A DNA stretch of 24,299 nt from Catajapyx aquilonaris. Lineage: Eukaryota. The DNA lies in the NCBI GenBank assembly GCA_000934665.2, contig KZ538290.1:62001-86299 (forward strand), in the 5' to 3' direction. The stretch's first letter is position 1; each line of letters opens with the position of its first letter. Positions 21,949-24,299 of this stretch are shown piece by piece. A program made the translations under genes and the position numbers. A model generated the notes under the pieces. The model was not told where the DNA came from. It saw nothing but the letters and a program-made list of their open reading frames with translations, and ran no database searches.

Positions 21949-22364
21949 TACATTTTTTTATGACCTGTTGGTGACACCATTTGTATTTTACATCATTTAT
22001 GTTATTATGTAACTTATGTTAACAGTGCACCAGTCCAAAACTTAAATTGCTTGTAACTCTCAAGGCCCATTCAGCTACAGTTAATTGAAACTTTTTCTCT
22101 TGTACCAGCATTCCCTGGGAAATGAGACTATTTCAATAAAATCAAGCTCAGACAGATGTTACCATTCCACAGACAATTCTGGCAATGAAATGCTTAAGAC
22201 CTGTAGCAACAAACTTCTTAAGTATGTCAACCACTACGATAAAGCTGGGGCTCTTAACACACACAAAATTACTAACATTTTAAATTCTAAATGGTGTCAA
22301 TAAATTCTGAGCAACGTTCTCTCCATTGCCTGCAGTTTTAACATAAATATTGTGCATGCATTAA

Positions 22365-23215
22365 CCCTTTGTCTCCAGCTGGATTCTGCACTCTTTGGGT
22401 GGGAGTTTAAAAATATGCGCACTAGGTGAAAATCACAGCATCTGGCACCATTGGTTTCGCTCTCGATTTATGCACAAGATGGGGCTGAAGCGTCCAAGAC
22501 CTACAAACCTGAGTTGCATTTTGAGAGAGCCATGTACTGCCTCATATGCTATGCATGAGAAGGTGACGTCATCCTATAGCAACATCTACGCATTTTTTTT
22601 ATTTTTAGGCGGCTTCCACTCCTCGTAATAATCCAAGATAATTCTATATGATTGCCCAGTCCCTCTGATGAATTATGAAAACATTAGGTGTCTGTTCAAA
22701 AAACTTTAAAGGTCGAGTTTAAACGGAGGTAATGTGAGCCATCAGGTGCAACAAAAGGCGGCTCAAGAGCTCAGAGCCATCTGCCCGGCCAATTAGGAGC
22801 GAGGACACTTTTTACGACCTAAATGGCGGCAGGGGAGTTTGCCTACCCTTGACAGATCGTTGTGATTTTCCCCCCGGCGAAAAGTAAGTGGAAGATATTT
22901 TGTGAATTTTTAAATGGTTTTCAGCTGCACGTCCATTTACCGGGAAATATGGGGCAGGGAGCTATATGCATCTAAATTCATGCAGTAAGTGCTTGTTTAC
23001 TATGAATGAGACCTTTGGTGCTTTGGCCTATGACATCATGCCATTAAAAATATCACACGAGTGGCAGAAATACTCATGAACATAGCCTAGGTAACTCTTC
23101 TAGTTTCTATGGTGAAAGAAATTTCCGTCAGGGTTATACCAGTGAATTGTAAAAGACTATTTTGGGTGGTTGCATTATAATGCATGCAACCATCATGGCT
23201 GCGGGAGACAAAGGG
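22365..23215. mobile_element. piggyBac-like non-autonomous element (851 bp)
   Basis: TTAA TSD at 22361-22364 and 23216-23219; perfect 12-bp TIRs CCCTTTGTCTCC; subterminal palindrome TGGTTGCAT..ATGCAACCA near 23167-23192; no transposase ORF. Confidence 0.88.
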
Positions 23216-23322
23216 TTAATGTGACTGTCAAGTGTCGCAAAGGATGAAATGTTAATACTCATGCCAATAATGAACTTTTTGAAATCCCACACAACAAGCT
23301 AAATTATGCTACTGACACTAAC

Positions 23323-23432
23323 CGGTGCTACTTCAGACTTGAATGTATCTCGCTTGCTTTGGGAAACTCCCAGGTTGGCCAACTCCTTGTAGAAGTTCAT
23401 AAACCAAGTGCGCTCTTCTTCTGCTAAGTTGT
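23323..23432 (-). CDS. PPP4R4: PPP4R4-like internal exon (xNLAEEERTWFMNFYKELANLGVSQSKRDTFKSEVAP)
   Basis: Acceptor ctgcag|AC, donor CCG|gttagt; 110 nt, phase 1 to 0. Resembles the human segment FLEFYKKLCTLG. Not in the ORF track (too short). Confidence 0.85.
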
Positions 23433-24299
23433 CTGCAGCATTGCATGGGTAAAAATATGTGGCTATCAGTCAACTTACATCAAAAACAGTCAAATATCCA
23501 CAAAATTGTAAAATTTCATCATAAGTCTGATGTGGAGCAATATTTCCAGGGGCACTGTATCTACCACATTAAACATAATAGAAATCAGAGTAGGCCTACA
23601 TAAAATGCACTCCATTACATGTTGTCATAAAAATGCTTCTTAGTGACTGCATTTTCACAGACTCATCATGTGAAAGTATGTGGATGATACAGTGCCTCAA
23701 GAACCTGCAGCAGAGGGTGAATCTGAACTGCAGGTCATAATTTCTGAGGGTTGTGCTTGTGCTTGGCAATGAACAATAATTTTCGCCATGGGGTGAACCT
23801 GAGGTGACCTGGAAATTCTGTGAGGCTCCAAATTTCCAGTATGCATGCCTGACAGCTAAGAAGTAGGTACCCCCGAGGTACCAGCATGTTTCATTACAAG
23901 CCCATGCAGGCAACTCTACCATGACTATAACCTATGTAACTAAATGGGCAGTTGGCACCTTCAACAGTCACTGCAACAGTGAATGAAAATATGATGATCT
24001 AACAACATCAGTCAAATCTGCACAAAGCTGTTGTTAATAAAATAAGAATGCTGCGTGCCAAGATTTCTGCTAATTGGAGATGAGATCACAGGTCAGCAGT
24101 TCCTATGGCAAGGGTTTACATTATTAGCCATACCATGGTTTTAGAAGACTCAGGTTAGGTCATTCCCACCCACCCCCTGCCGGGGCGTTTTGCAGCGGGT
24201 GCTCACCTGAGAGAGCCATGAGACATTTTGGAGCCCAGGTAAGTGGCGACCCTACCGGACTAGGCTGAACTTTATAGGTATGAAAGGGAAGCGCTACAT

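Larger units (their letters stand above)
8054..23432 (-). other. PPP4R4: Gene span (5'-partial) of serine/threonine-protein phosphatase 4 regulatory subunit 4-like gene; 8 coding exons visible
   Basis: Exons join in frame with GT..AG boundaries and matching phases. Spliced peptide (WFMNFYKELANLG...CAFNFPAML...VRDPYFIVRRTMASGFHEV...NWRLH...LASDPVPNIRLKLCSMLPQLKGLLRMPVDKILLNELESCVRKL...ELDKIEVSMDA) is colinear with the remembered human PPP4R4 HEAT region (CAYNFPAM...LKWRTH...HDPVANVRMKLCYLLP...ELDRMEMSMDA). Confidence 0.9.

Noticed and set aside
22655..22705. Hammerhead-like CTGATGA-attat-GAAA followed by a possible AACA/TGTT stem and TTC
   Set aside because: No stem I can form (ccct faces aaaa) and stem II is essentially absent.
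23596..24299. Further upstream PPP4R4 exon or a structured RNA at the right edge
   Set aside because: No frame I translated resembled PPP4R4 and no recognisable RNA motif was seen.

Overview
This is eukaryotic (invertebrate animal) genomic DNA, AT-rich, with small N gaps beside poly-C runs. Most of the window is the 3' part of a minus-strand, multi-exon gene that I identify from remembered similarity as PPP4R4 (protein phosphatase 4 regulatory subunit 4, HEAT-repeat). Eight coding exons splice in frame with GT-AG introns from 23432 down to a stop at 8054; the 5' exons lie beyond the right edge. The introns are dense with non-autonomous mobile DNA: two tRNA-derived SINEs with target-site duplications (TSDs) in opposite orientation, Tc1/mariner-, pogo-, PIF/Harbinger- and piggyBac-type MITEs, several long foldbacks and two transposase remnants. 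Four observations stand out. (1) A long disordered C-terminal tail carries SxIP-like motifs next to three GSK3-type phospho-relays, an arrangement like CLASP. (2) Competing 3' splice sites could switch that whole tail on or off. (3) An inverted SINE pair brackets three exons. (4) The SINE 3' stem-loop keeps its structure although its sequence differs between copies. No prokaryotic-type system is present. All homology calls are from memory, not from searches.
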